Shown here piece by piece: positions 42,308-52,800 of a DNA stretch of 64,000 nucleotides. Each line of letters starts with the position of its first letter. The first letter of the stretch is position 1. The translations under genes were made by a program, and so were the position numbers. This stretch comes from a virus. The notes under the pieces were generated by a model. It searched no databases. It was given only the letters and a program-made list of their open reading frames with translations, and was not told the origin of the DNA. The stretch lies in IMG/VR virus record IMGVR_UViG_3300046333_000090, one strand, 5' to 3'.

Positions 42308-42625
42308 ATGACTACTTCAACTACGACTTTAGAATTAATCGATCTACATGATGTGTATGGTGATAATTTAGCGGAATTGTTTGTAGACATACAAAATGAG
42401 TCTTCTGGATCGATAGAGTACGAAAATGATACAATAGCGTATTATATATTACTTAGTGATGGTATATTGTATTACGACTATGCAGAAAACATCACAAACG
42501 GTGACAAAATGTTACCGTATGCTTATATATATCTACCTTGTAATCCTAGTGAGTTACTAGTAGTTAATACAGTTGTATCTGCTTATAATACACTAGTTGC
42601 TGAAAAATTACCATTAGTAAGTTAA
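42308..42625 (+). CDS. acidic hypothetical early protein
   Basis: GAGG RBS; same MTTST start and leader as 40281. Confidence 0.65.
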   Translation: MTTSTTTLELIDLHDVYGDNLAELFVDIQNESSGSIEYENDTIAYYILLSDGILYYDYAENITNGDKMLPYAYIYLPCNPSELLVVNTVVSAYNTLVAEKLPLVS

Positions 42626-42686
42626 CTACAACTATTAAATTTAATACCTTAGCCGATCTATTAGATCGGCTTTTTTTGTATCAGTC

Positions 42687-42985
42687 AAACACTATACTCT
42701 GTAATATGTGTAGCTGTGGTATATACATTATCTAGTCAGTCTTTTGTAGGAGAAAAGTCATTAAAAGCACTTCAAACCTATTGGATACGTCAAAGAGTAT
42801 TATTATGCACTACCGATTATGTATGTCTATCTTGCTACCTAATGTAATAAAATCCAGATCGGAGATTGTAACTCCCAAACACTATAGTCTGTAATATATG
42901 TAGCTGTGGTATATACATTATCTAGTCAGTCTTTTGTAGACAAAAAGTCATTAAAAGGACTACAAACCCATTGGAGATCGATCGC
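42687..42985 (+). repeat. ~1.5 tandem copies of the non-coding ~190-bp unit
   Basis: Near-identical to 40990-41216. Confidence 0.85.
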
Positions 42986-43392
42986 TACCTACCTCAGCTT
43001 AGTTACTAACATCCTCTCAAACTGCGCTAGAATGCCCGATCGACAGTGTTTGTAGTGTAGTGGTAGTGAAGTGTAGTTGTTGCCTGTGTTGTCATGTAAT
43101 ATACTACATCAGGAAGGACAAAAAGACAGTGTGTGGTTGTAGTGTAGTGAAGTATGCTGGATATGCCTGACTTTTTTACTCATCGACTTCGCATGATTTA
43201 AAATAGGGGGTAGGGGGTTTCCTATAAGAATTTGACTTCTAAGACAGTGCATTTGACGGATATATTTACCAATCTTTTTAAAATTTTTTTAGAATTTTTT
43301 TTTTTGAAAAGGTCTTTAGATTTGCCAGCTATATTTACAAATCTTTTAAAATTTTTTTTAATAATAAATAAATAAACAAATAAATTTATATT

Positions 43393-44196
43393 ATGAGAAA
43401 ATTATATCAACAAATTACAGAATTTTATGAATTGCAAGAAGCATTGAGCAAAATGCCATCATCGGATATAATTTCCGATGAAGGATATCATCAAACAAAA
43501 CTTACGCATTATCAGGGAGATGCGGAATTTACACCAAGTAGATATCACCAAGATTATTCAGGGGTTACACATAGTGTAGCGTGGATGAATAAAAAAAAGG
43601 GTAACAGCAGTTCGATAACAGACAAAAAGAACACATTACATGATGCAGCACATTTACATAATCATTATATACAGAATAACACAGATATTGGAGATGTAGT
43701 CAGATCTGATACTATGCCAGATGCGGATGGCGAAGGAAACAAACGAGCAAGAATATATGGAAAAATGGCAGGATTTGGGGGACTAAATAAAGCGGGGGAA
43801 CAATATGGAATCGTAAAAAAACACGCAGACGATCATCCAGAAGAACACAAACGAGGAAAAAAATATTTACATCCGTTAGAACATGATGAAATAAACGCGC
43901 ATGGAGATAAACCTAGTGCTGGTTCGACTGATGGAAAAATTCGTACTATGAGTAGAGATTATGGAGAAGGGGGGAAATTACATATCACTCGAAGAAATAG
44001 AGTAATGCACGGAACTGCAATAAATGCAGATGGGAGCGAATCCGAACATATGACAGATACAGAATCCGATCATCCAGACAATGAAAAACATTTAGCAGAA
44101 CTACATAGTCATCACAAAGATTATGTAAATTCTAAACAAAAATCTAAAACTCCAGCAATTGATGCGCTAATTACGAAGTTAAAAACTAAAAAATAG
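43393..44196 (+). CDS. His-rich, charged protein; possible internal head protein
   Basis: N-terminus MRKLYQQITEFYELQEA resembles T4-type prohead-processed leaders; AATAAATA upstream. Confidence 0.55.
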   Translation: MRKLYQQITEFYELQEALSKMPSSDIISDEGYHQTKLTHYQGDAEFTPSRYHQDYSGVTHSVAWMNKKKGNSSSITDKKNTLHDAAHLHNHYIQNNTDIGDVVRSDTMPDADGEGNKRARIYGKMAGFGGLNKAGEQYGIVKKHADDHPEEHKRGKKYLHPLEHDEINAHGDKPSAGSTDGKIRTMSRDYGEGGKLHITRRNRVMHGTAINADGSESEHMTDTESDHPDNEKHLAELHSHHKDYVNSKQKSKTPAIDALITKLKTKK

Positions 44197-44201
44197 AAAA
44201 A

Positions 44202-44338
44202 TTATTAAATTTAATAATGACCTTCTAAAATCAATTAGAAGGTCATTATTTTTATAATTTGGTACTAGTAGTCATTATTTAGATTATCATTCGTTGTAGG
44301 GCATCCTAGAGGGGTCTGAGAGCATAATATAGGTTCCC
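44202..44338 (-). repeat. full dispersed repeat copy (bidirectional terminator)
   Basis: Core, ATGACCTTCTAA..TTAGAAGGTCAT and palindrome, between convergent genes. Confidence 0.88.
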
Positions 44339-44725
44339 CTAATATGTGTCATTATTAAAAAGAATATTATAAATTTGAATGAGTGGAATAAATCTGTGAT
44401 AATATGTCACAGGGGTACTATTAATCACTTCTACCGTCTTCTGGGTTTGGATTGCCATAAATATCACCAACTCTTTGTAAATTATATCGCATTTCAATCT
44501 ATTTGGGTGTATACAACTTAGAATAGTTTCAAGAACATCAAATGGGGGGTTTGGTGACTGTTCATAGATACCATCTTCATTTTCAGTGAATGAGATGAGA
44601 TGTGAGTGATGAACATAATCGAAGTCTATTTTCTCATCAGCACAAAACTCATGAGGATCCCATATTGTTCCAATAGAACTGGTTAACAAATGCTGAAATT
44701 TGTTATAAAAATCTTGGTATGCCAT
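44339..44725 (-). CDS. hypothetical protein (paralog of the next gene)
   Basis: FYNKF.HLLT.S.GT.WDPHEF. Confidence 0.7.
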   Translation of the reverse strand: MAYQDFYNKFQHLLTSSIGTIWDPHEFCADEKIDFDYVHHSHLISFTENEDGIYEQSPNPPFDVLETILSCIHPNRLKCDIIYKELVIFMAIQTQKTVEVINSTPVTYYHRFIPLIQIYNILFNNDTY

Positions 44726-45105
44726 CAGTATAAAAATAGTAAATTGTAGAACTGTCTGATATGAATGAAGTGGTGCAAAATGGTAGTAGGTACACGATTA
44801 ACCCAACCAAGAGTTTTTTGATGTCGAATAGACATATAAACTTCAATTTCTTTAAGTTTTATATCATTGTTCATTCTTCTACCAGAATGGACAGCATTAA
44901 ATATTTCTTCTAGTTCATCAAATATAGGTTCGGGGGGTTGTGTAAGTATAGTATCAACTCCTTTAATAGTATAAATAGGATGGTTATGGTGGATAAAATC
45001 GAAGTTAATTTTCTCACTAGCATCGAATTCGTGAGGATCCCACAAAGTGCCGACAGAATTAGTGAGGAGGTGTTCAAATTTGTTATAAAATTCGGTGTAA
45101 GTCAT
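44725..45105 (-). CDS. hypothetical protein (paralog of the previous gene)
   Basis: FYNKFEHLLTNSVGTLWDPHEF. Confidence 0.7.
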   Translation of the reverse strand: MTYTEFYNKFEHLLTNSVGTLWDPHEFDASEKINFDFIHHNHPIYTIKGVDTILTQPPEPIFDELEEIFNAVHSGRRMNNDIKLKEIEVYMSIRHQKTLGWVNRVPTTILHHFIHIRQFYNLLFLY

Positions 45106-45109
45106 ATTT

Positions 45110-45472
45110 TTATAATCCTCGCAATAATGAGTTTAAATTAGACAAATCTTCAGAAGATAGTGTATATGTCTCAATATAAGTGTTGTTACAGTGTTCAATT
45201 TTGATGGTTATTTCGGCACCAAAACGAATAAGAGTTAATTTGTGGGGATAAGCATTACGACAGATTGTAATAGTCCGAGTATTTTTTACAAAAGAGCGTT
45301 TGTGAAAGTATTGAATTTTGCCGTTAGGTACAAGTTTATTATTACAACCAGGAACAGAATCTGTCAATACTTGATATACAGGAACTAGTAATACATCACT
45401 AGTCATTTGTTCTGTTAAGTGGTACAATTTGGCATCAACAAGAGAATCAAAAATTTTAGTATCAGAAGACAT
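45110..45472 (-). CDS. hypothetical protein
   Basis: 120-aa ORF. Confidence 0.6.
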   Translation of the reverse strand: MSSDTKIFDSLVDAKLYHLTEQMTSDVLLVPVYQVLTDSVPGCNNKLVPNGKIQYFHKRSFVKNTRTITICRNAYPHKLTLIRFGAEITIKIEHCNNTYIETYTLSSEDLSNLNSLLRGL

Positions 45473-45525
45473 AGTTAATTTGGTGAGAATATGTAAGTGG
45501 TGTAGTAAGGCATTCTATGGGCATC

Positions 45526-46224
45526 TCAGAACATAATCGGGGCATCCCAAGTAAGTTGATTCTCTAGATGTGCTTCGATCAATTGGTTTAGTTTTGATTG
45601 ATGTTCTGGAGTAAATTGTATAGTAGAATCAGGCAACCAATTAGGTACTTCTTTGAGGTATCGTTCGGGAGATACTACCCCTGATTTAGTGGCAAACTGA
45701 TAATGAATGTTTTGAAGGCAATTCTGATCTTTTGAACCAAAATTTATAAATTTGTCATGTATTCTTGGCATACGGATTATTGTTTGATAGCTAGTACCAC
45801 CACGATTATATTTTATACCTATAGGAAGTCCCGATGACTTTTTCATTAATGCTATATTGAACCAATTTGTCACTAATTCTAAATTAGATCTTGTATTATT
45901 ACTAGGATCGCCATCTATATGATTGATCACCCAATTTTGATTAGTCTTCAATCCAACTATTAATTCATAAATTTTTACATTTTTTCCATTTTTCTTTGTA
46001 CTAAATCTGCCTTCACAATCCGGACACCAATTATATAGTTTTAATAGATCTACTTTATCAAGATCGATAGTATTAGTATATAATCTACCAGTATTAGTAT
46101 TGAGTACATGTAAAGTTTCATCTACAAACAATTGATTAAAAATTAATTTATAATTACTTTTATTTACATTATGATGAGGTAGATCGAATTCCCATTTATT
46201 AGTAGTGTTGGTATAATGAATCAT
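45526..46224 (-). CDS. HNH endonuclease family copy 2
   Basis: Paralog of 17354..18049; start MIHY at 46224 by alignment. Confidence 0.85.
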   Translation of the reverse strand: MIHYTNTTNKWEFDLPHHNVNKSNYKLIFNQLFVDETLHVLNTNTGRLYTNTIDLDKVDLLKLYNWCPDCEGRFSTKKNGKNVKIYELIVGLKTNQNWVINHIDGDPSNNTRSNLELVTNWFNIALMKKSSGLPIGIKYNRGGTSYQTIIRMPRIHDKFINFGSKDQNCLQNIHYQFATKSGVVSPERYLKEVPNWLPDSTIQFTPEHQSKLNQLIEAHLENQLTWDAPIMF

Positions 46225-46565
46225 ACAGTTTGTCTCATTCGCAAATAAAGGATAGTAGGTAAGCATAAATGGCAATGAGGCGGCATACCAGCATTCCAGA
46301 CAATAGGAGATTCTTTATCGTCGTCACATTCTAATCTGTAAGATATTTGAGTAGATTTGGGGAAAGATTTAGTGGTATGGTATAGTTCAAGAACCATATT
46401 AGTGATTACATAATTTACAATTTCTTGGACAGAAGGGACTACGCAAATATAATCTTCGAGATTGATTGATCTTAGGTAATTATTGTCTTGATTGTTTATG
46501 TTTATTGAGTAAATCGTATCTTCGAGATTGATTTGTTTAATGAGTTGATAGATTTGTTGAGTCAT
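46221..46565 (-). CDS. hypothetical protein
   Basis: 114-aa ORF whose stop overlaps the HNH start. Confidence 0.55.
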   Translation of the reverse strand: MTQQIYQLIKQINLEDTIYSININNQDNNYLRSINLEDYICVVPSVQEIVNYVITNMVLELYHTTKSFPKSTQISYRLECDDDKESPIVWNAGMPPHCHLCLPTILYLRMRQTV

Positions 46566-46709
46566 ATTTTGGCGAAAGAGATGAATAATAATTGACTAAT
46601 ACTTTAGTAACATTGTCACACATAGATTGTTGTTCTTCTAGCGTCATTCCTTCCATAAGATTATTACACTCTTGAATGTAGGAATTGACATGATTATTAA
46701 ATTTAATAA

Positions 46710-47414
46710 TTAGTGAGTGAGTGGAGTAGGTTGTTCCCAAGTTGCTTGATTAGCTAGATGTGCTTCAATTAATTTATCTAGTTTTGATTGATGTTCTGGA
46801 GTGAATAGGATAGTATGATCTGGTAGCCAGTTTGGGACTGATAATAGATATCTTTCTGGCAATACTAAACCTGATTTAATAGCAAATTGGTAGTGCAAGT
46901 TTTGAAGATAGTTAAGATCTTCAGAACCAAAATTTATTTGTTTCTTTACTCTTGGCATAGCAATTTGTGTTTGATAGCTACTATCACCATGATGATACAG
47001 TATACCAATAGGAAGTCCAGATGACTTCTTCATTATTGCGGTGTTGAACCAATTAGTGACTAATTCTAAATTAGATCTTGTATTATTACTAGGATCGCCA
47101 TTTATATGATTGATCACCCAATTCTTATTAGTCTTTGCACCATATACAGATTCATGAATTTTTACAGTTTGTCCATTTTTATATGTTAGAAATCTACCTT
47201 TATTGTCAGGACACCAATTATATAGTTTAAGAAGATCTACTTTATCAAGATCGATAGAATTAGTATATAATTTACCAGTATTAGTATTGAGCAGATGTAG
47301 TAGATCGTCTACAAATAATTGATTATATGTTAATGGCTTACAAGATCCATTATTTATATTATGATGAGGCTGAACGAACTGATAGAAATTGAGTATTTTG
47401 CAGAAATGTATCAT
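46710..47414 (-). CDS. HNH endonuclease family copy 3
   Basis: MIHFCKILN...INHINGDPSNN...NLELVTNWFN; start at 47414 by alignment. Confidence 0.85.
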   Translation of the reverse strand: MIHFCKILNFYQFVQPHHNINNGSCKPLTYNQLFVDDLLHLLNTNTGKLYTNSIDLDKVDLLKLYNWCPDNKGRFLTYKNGQTVKIHESVYGAKTNKNWVINHINGDPSNNTRSNLELVTNWFNTAIMKKSSGLPIGILYHHGDSSYQTQIAMPRVKKQINFGSEDLNYLQNLHYQFAIKSGLVLPERYLLSVPNWLPDHTILFTPEHQSKLDKLIEAHLANQATWEQPTPLTH

Positions 47415-47448
47415 AATTAATCCCCTATAACAAAAATGGTGAGAAATG

Positions 47449-47949
47449 TCAACCAAATACTACCACCATTGAGTCGAAAGTACCTGAGTTTTTAGCTTTT
47501 GGTAGATGTTCTGTGTTGGGGATAGAATTTATACCAGTGCCAGGATTGATATGGGCGGGTTGTAGTACACCATTAACTTTAATCTTACCAATACCTTCAA
47601 ATTTTAGTCTGCCTTCTATGAATAGAATTTGACTAGCATGAGGTTTAATTACATGGTGATAAAGTCTGGTAGACGTGCTGACAGGAAGTAGAAATACAGA
47701 TTTATTACCATTAATTTGCCATTCTGCTAACCCCTTCATAACAAATGCTTCTTTTTCTATTTTGCTGTATGGAGGATTGACAAAATTAACTTTTTTCCAA
47801 GGGACGATTAGTGCATCATTTTCTGGCGTGATTACTTCATTTATGGGGCAAACATCAAACATTTCACCATGTACATCAACTAATTGATCGTAGAAATATT
47901 TTGGTGTCGTCCAATGATTACTTGGGTTGGAAATTCTAGGTTTAGTCAT
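47449..47949 (-). CDS. phage DNA N6-adenine methyltransferase
   Basis: W.TP, D.CP, F.NPPYS, FLLP.ST.T, FI.GRLKF. Confidence 0.85.
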   Translation of the reverse strand: MTKPRISNPSNHWTTPKYFYDQLVDVHGEMFDVCPINEVITPENDALIVPWKKVNFVNPPYSKIEKEAFVMKGLAEWQINGNKSVFLLPVSTSTRLYHHVIKPHASQILFIEGRLKFEGIGKIKVNGVLQPAHINPGTGINSIPNTEHLPKAKNSGTFDSMVVVFG

Positions 47950-48007
47950 TTTTGATTAATTTCTATCTTTCATATAATTATAGCATCAATCACTATAGAA
48001 TGTCAAC

Positions 48008-48037
48008 AAAAAAAGAGAGCAATTATTGCTCTCTTTC
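48008..48037 (-). terminator. intrinsic terminator
   Basis: AAAGAGAGCAAT-T-ATTGCTCTCTTT with flanking A run. Confidence 0.7.
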
Positions 48038-48242
48038 TTAATATTTTGAGTGGTGTTATCCAACAAAGAATTATCCAAGTGTATTAGGCTTCGATTTGCG
48101 AATTACTTTAACTGGTGGAAGAACATAATAATCAGTCACTAACCGAGTTGCGCCAGTTGTCGCTTTCATTAATTGTGCATTTCGTTCAGTGTTGGTCATA
48201 AAATTTTGGTGAGAGAGTGGAATATATCTATTATAACATTAT

Positions 48243-48515
48243 TTATTGATATTTGTAAAGTAATTTGCGAAGTTCTATTGACTTACCATTTACGACAATC
48301 ATCATTTTTTTCAATTGTTCTGACCAAAATATGTGTGGATTGTATATTCGTTCAAATCGAGGAAAATATTGTCTCAAGTTTTGTCCGTGTTTGCAATCAC
48401 AAAAATCTAGAACATTAAAAGATTTGAGAAATTTGCTACCTTCACTATGGTATAAACGCAAACCAAGATCTTTGCATTTACAATTTGACAACCAGCCAGA
48501 CGAAATTATGCTCAT
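48243..48515 (-). CDS. hypothetical protein
   Basis: Follows the PAAR gene in the operon. Confidence 0.55.
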   Translation of the reverse strand: MSIISSGWLSNCKCKDLGLRLYHSEGSKFLKSFNVLDFCDCKHGQNLRQYFPRFERIYNPHIFWSEQLKKMMIVVNGKSIELRKLLYKYQ

Positions 48516-48516
48516 A

Positions 48517-48834
48517 TTAACTAATAAATGTGTTGCTAGGCGATCCGATGATTACCCCTCCGTATATACCTATATTATCACCAATTTTTAATTTTGGCAA
48601 TCCTCCAGAGTACGAATTTGTAGCGGTGCCAGCAGCAAATAGTTGATCGGGCAAACACGGGGATGCACAGGTCAGATTAATATTACTTCTAATCCCATAA
48701 AATCCCGCAGTTAGAACGGGATAACCATTTACGAAGTTGTTATTTTGTCTGACTAATGGTGTTTGGGGGTAAATGCAGCAGGGGGGTATTGCGGACAGTG
48801 ACACAAAACAGGATGAATTTGCTACTTGACTCAT
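48517..48834 (-). CDS. PAAR-like spike-tip protein (gp5.4-like)
   Basis: Cys/Pro-rich, FVNGYP, GG.P..KIGD, I.GS..TFI. Confidence 0.7.
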   Translation of the reverse strand: MSQVANSSCFVSLSAIPPCCIYPQTPLVRQNNNFVNGYPVLTAGFYGIRSNINLTCASPCLPDQLFAAGTATNSYSGGLPKLKIGDNIGIYGGVIIGSPSNTFIS

Positions 48835-48862
48835 ATAAATTTATTTATTTATCACTTAATAT

Positions 48863-49700
48863 TTATAATATTATAACATGCTTCCAGGTTTTTGCTAACT
48901 TTATATCATTAATAGTAGCCTTATGAACATTATATTTTTTTGATATATATATATATATATACTCCAGTAAACCCATCTCTTAGTAATACTTTTATTTCTC
49001 GCACTTGTTGTTCATTTAACTTTGCATGTGGTGCCTTTTCGCCACACAAAGAAACTGACAAGTTTTTTTTATGTTCGTCGGTAAAAATTCGCCCAGCCAT
49101 AACAACTGATAAATGTTTCTTCGCTTCTTCTGATAAAGTTTTTCCCTTTTGAGAAGCAGACATATTTTTCTTAGTTTGCTGCGTGTGTTTATATCCATAC
49201 AAAGGATGTTCTTCCCCAAATTTTCCATACATGGGATTATTACTACCAACTTTGCAATTTGATAGTTTTTGTTTAGTTTTTTCTGATGGAGTGTTACCGA
49301 TATGAGAATCAGACATTTTTTTCCTTGTTGATGTGGAAAAATCTTTTGCAAAATTAGGATGATTTTCACCAGATAACCCGTTACCACCACCAGAAATTGG
49401 CGAAAAATTCATACAATATGGTTTGTGCAAATGTTCGGCGATCAATTCCGTCTCTGCTATCATCAATTCTTCTATGGTGTCATAGTAAGAAAGTATTGTT
49501 CGTCGCAATAGATTCTTATCTTTAATAGACTTCACCCATTTACCAGATCCCAAATAAGGATCATTATCTGGATGTTTGTCTGATGAGTGCATACCGTAAT
49601 ATTTCTTATCACTACCCACTAGGATAGTTTCATACAAATAGTTATATTTTTTAGGGGTTCTGTTGGTCATAAAAATTAATGATAAAGACAGCATTATCAT
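48863..49700 (-). CDS. GIY-YIG (Seg-like) homing endonuclease with NUMOD3 repeats; C-terminal HTH frameshifted at an (AT)n tract
   Basis: YLY.T....K.YYG.HS...DPYLGSG; H...TK..MS repeats. The track ORF ends at 48930; the shifted frame continues ISKKYNVHKATINDIKLAKTWKHV to 48863. Confidence 0.85.
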
Positions 49701-49742
49701 ACTAACATATATTGGCGCAAAATACCACCACCAAATTCTAAA

Positions 49743-49868
49743 TTATTAAATTTAATAATGACCTTCTAAAAATCAATTAGGAGGTCATTATTTTTATGAT
49801 TTGATGCTAGTGGTCATTATTTCAATTAAGACCTGCTACATGGCATTTTAGACCCCTCCCAGGGCATA
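49743..49868 (-). repeat. full dispersed repeat copy
   Basis: Core, hairpin and palindrome. Confidence 0.85.
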
Positions 49869-52800
49869 TTAAACAATAATAGAAACATCAGACTCGATCA
49901 TACAATAATGTTCAGATTCAATTTGCCCATAATAGTACAATTTTGTAGTATAGTTGGTATTAGTTAACCCACTACCAGCATCAATAATTTTTGCTCTAAC
50001 AATACTACCGTTCAAACATTCTAATAAGATCTTAGCAGGGTCAGCAACCCCCTCTACCGCTAACATCATGTAGCGGGGATAATGCAATCCAGCATACACA
50101 ATATCAACGCCAGTCAATTCGCCCCCAACAATATTAAATTTGAATTCAGCGGGGATCACGTCTTTATCATTATTACTATTATATACAATAGAATATACAT
50201 CATCTACTCCAATAGTATCATCAACGATCCAAGCACTCAAATGAGTAATAAAATCAGTAGAATTAACAGTAAGTGTTGTACTAGTAGTAGTATAATTTGC
50301 AGATGGTTGGATAACTCCATTTACAAATAGTATTATGTTTCTATTAGTGGGGTTATTGGTAATGGTATAGATTTTATTGGTAAGGCTGACTAAATTTAAT
50401 GCAGTAAAATTATCACTATAGACCCCATATGCCGTACCAGTAATATTTTGTGTAAAGACAACATTATTACCAACAATACTAAATTCATTATTTGGTACAT
50501 TATTTACAAACATAATCAATTTTGAAACATCTACAGGGACAAAAAGGTTAGTATTTGTGGTGAGTGTGGTAGTATTGGAGTTCGTTAATACTTTTTTGTC
50601 CGTATAAGTTAAAAATGAACTCGGTAGGTTGAGTATAGAGACCCGGTCACTCAAATCATTTATTGTTTGATGAATAGTTACGTTATTGTTAGCCACCGAA
50701 TAATCATAAGATGGATGTTGTGTAACTCCATTGATGTACAAAATTGAATTACTGGCAATCCTACTAACCAAATTATTAAATTTAATAATACTATAGTCAG
50801 TTGCCAATACGGTATTAGAATTAATTTTTTCTAATATCAATCTGTTATGATTTTCTGTCAGCCATACTAGATCTCCGTAATCATAATTGATAAAGGACGA
50901 GTAGTTGCTGTGAACATAATCATTATCATTCCAAATGTAGTCGAAATATTGTTTTTTGAATTTAGTATTTTTGTATAGATCTTCTGGTAATGAATCGATA
51001 TTAATAACGAAATCAGTTTCGTTTTTTTCGGCTAATATACTTAAAATATTCTCGATATTGATCTTATAGTCAATAACATTGTTGATCTGTGTCTCTCTAT
51101 GTAGGTACATCTTCACTATATTATCTATGCTGTATATGCTGTATATCTTATTACCGAGCATATGTACATTATCCACCACAAAATTTTTCCATTCTATTAG
51201 TGAATGTGGGGATTTTATTGAATAAGAATATTGTTGATGAGTAAGGTTGTCTGCGATCACATTATTAGAAGTAATAATACTATCCAAATTATCAGTAAAA
51301 TCTTGAATAGTTTTGTTGCTGGTTGGAGTACAAATTAGTTCTGCTGTACGGACATTATGAATTTTACCAATTTTTCGTCCAGATTCATCCCACAAAAAAT
51401 AATCATTATTCACTACAAATTTTCCAAATAATGATTTCACTTGCAAAGTCGAAGCAATTTTATTATATAAATTAATTTTACCCTTTGCCACATAATTATT
51501 TCTAGTTAATCCATAATAAACAATACTGGTATTGATATCAGATTTGCTTAATATTGGAATGATAGTTGCACCAATACCAATTGATATAGAAACAATAGGA
51601 ATACTTTCAAAATAATTATCACTTTCAATAATGTCAATTCTACTAATAACACTATTAGCAACCACTAAACTAGCAGAAAACTGATTATTTAATACTACAG
51701 AATTTTCAGTATAGCCAATACCATTAGTGATAATTATAAAATCGGTGATGGTATTATTAAATTTAATATCTAAAATCACATCACTATCCACTGAATAATT
51801 TATAGTAGGGTCGCCACCAAACCCATCTCCATTGGTAATATTTTTAATATTTTTAATAGTTCCAATAGTATCACTACGAAATATAATAACTGCACCAACT
51901 CCATATTGTGATAATATAGTATGTGGTGGGATGGATTCTAAATTAATGCCGTTATCAATTATGTTTACTCCAATAATCCCACCAGTATTAGATACTGCTG
52001 AAACGATTATTTTTATATTAACATCTTCAAATTTTATAATATCTCCTACTGCATAATTAATACCAGGAATCTCTATTAGGTAATCATCTATTGCCCCATA
52101 GCTAATATTATCCACCTTTGCCAAATATGGATAAATTTTATTATTTGGTGAAGGGAATTTAACTTCATCATTGTATATTCTGATTGAACCACTAGGAATA
52201 TTGCAATTATTTTGCAATTTCAGATGATTATAGGAATCAAATTTGTATTTGTATTGATTACCGACAAAATAAGGAAATGCGTCGGTTGCAAAATAGCAAT
52301 ATCTACCTTCTGGAAATTCTGGGGTATACGCAAACACCCCATTATACTCATCCAAAACACCACCAATATACTCATAATCTTCAATAAATGTTCCTAATGG
52401 TGCGGTTGGTCTATTAGTAGAAGTAGTAATCTTGAGTGTCCAACTAGAGTATAGTTTATCAACCCCCCCTCTTGGCGCATCTACATATGCTCCATATATA
52501 GGCACACCATCAAATGCCCAACCAATTATGGGAGAATGTACTGTTCTTACTGGTTCAATGTGTACTAATTGTAAATATTGTGGCGAAAAATTAGTATCAG
52601 GTAGATTAGATTCGCCGACCCCACTATCTCCTTGATTATATACATATCCACCAGTACTATCTATAGGGGCATTATTTGCAATATTGTACGTCCAGCTATT
52701 TATAGTCGCAGCAAATACCGCAGAGTTTGGAAAATAATTGACTACCAATGTTGGATTATTGAAGTAGCTAGAACCACCATTTATTACTTCTACAGACACT

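Noticed and set aside
33840-43040. CRISPR or TIGR-like guide array
   Set aside because: The repeats are long, irregularly spaced and separated by whole genes. There are no constant-length spacers and no cas or Nop-domain gene.
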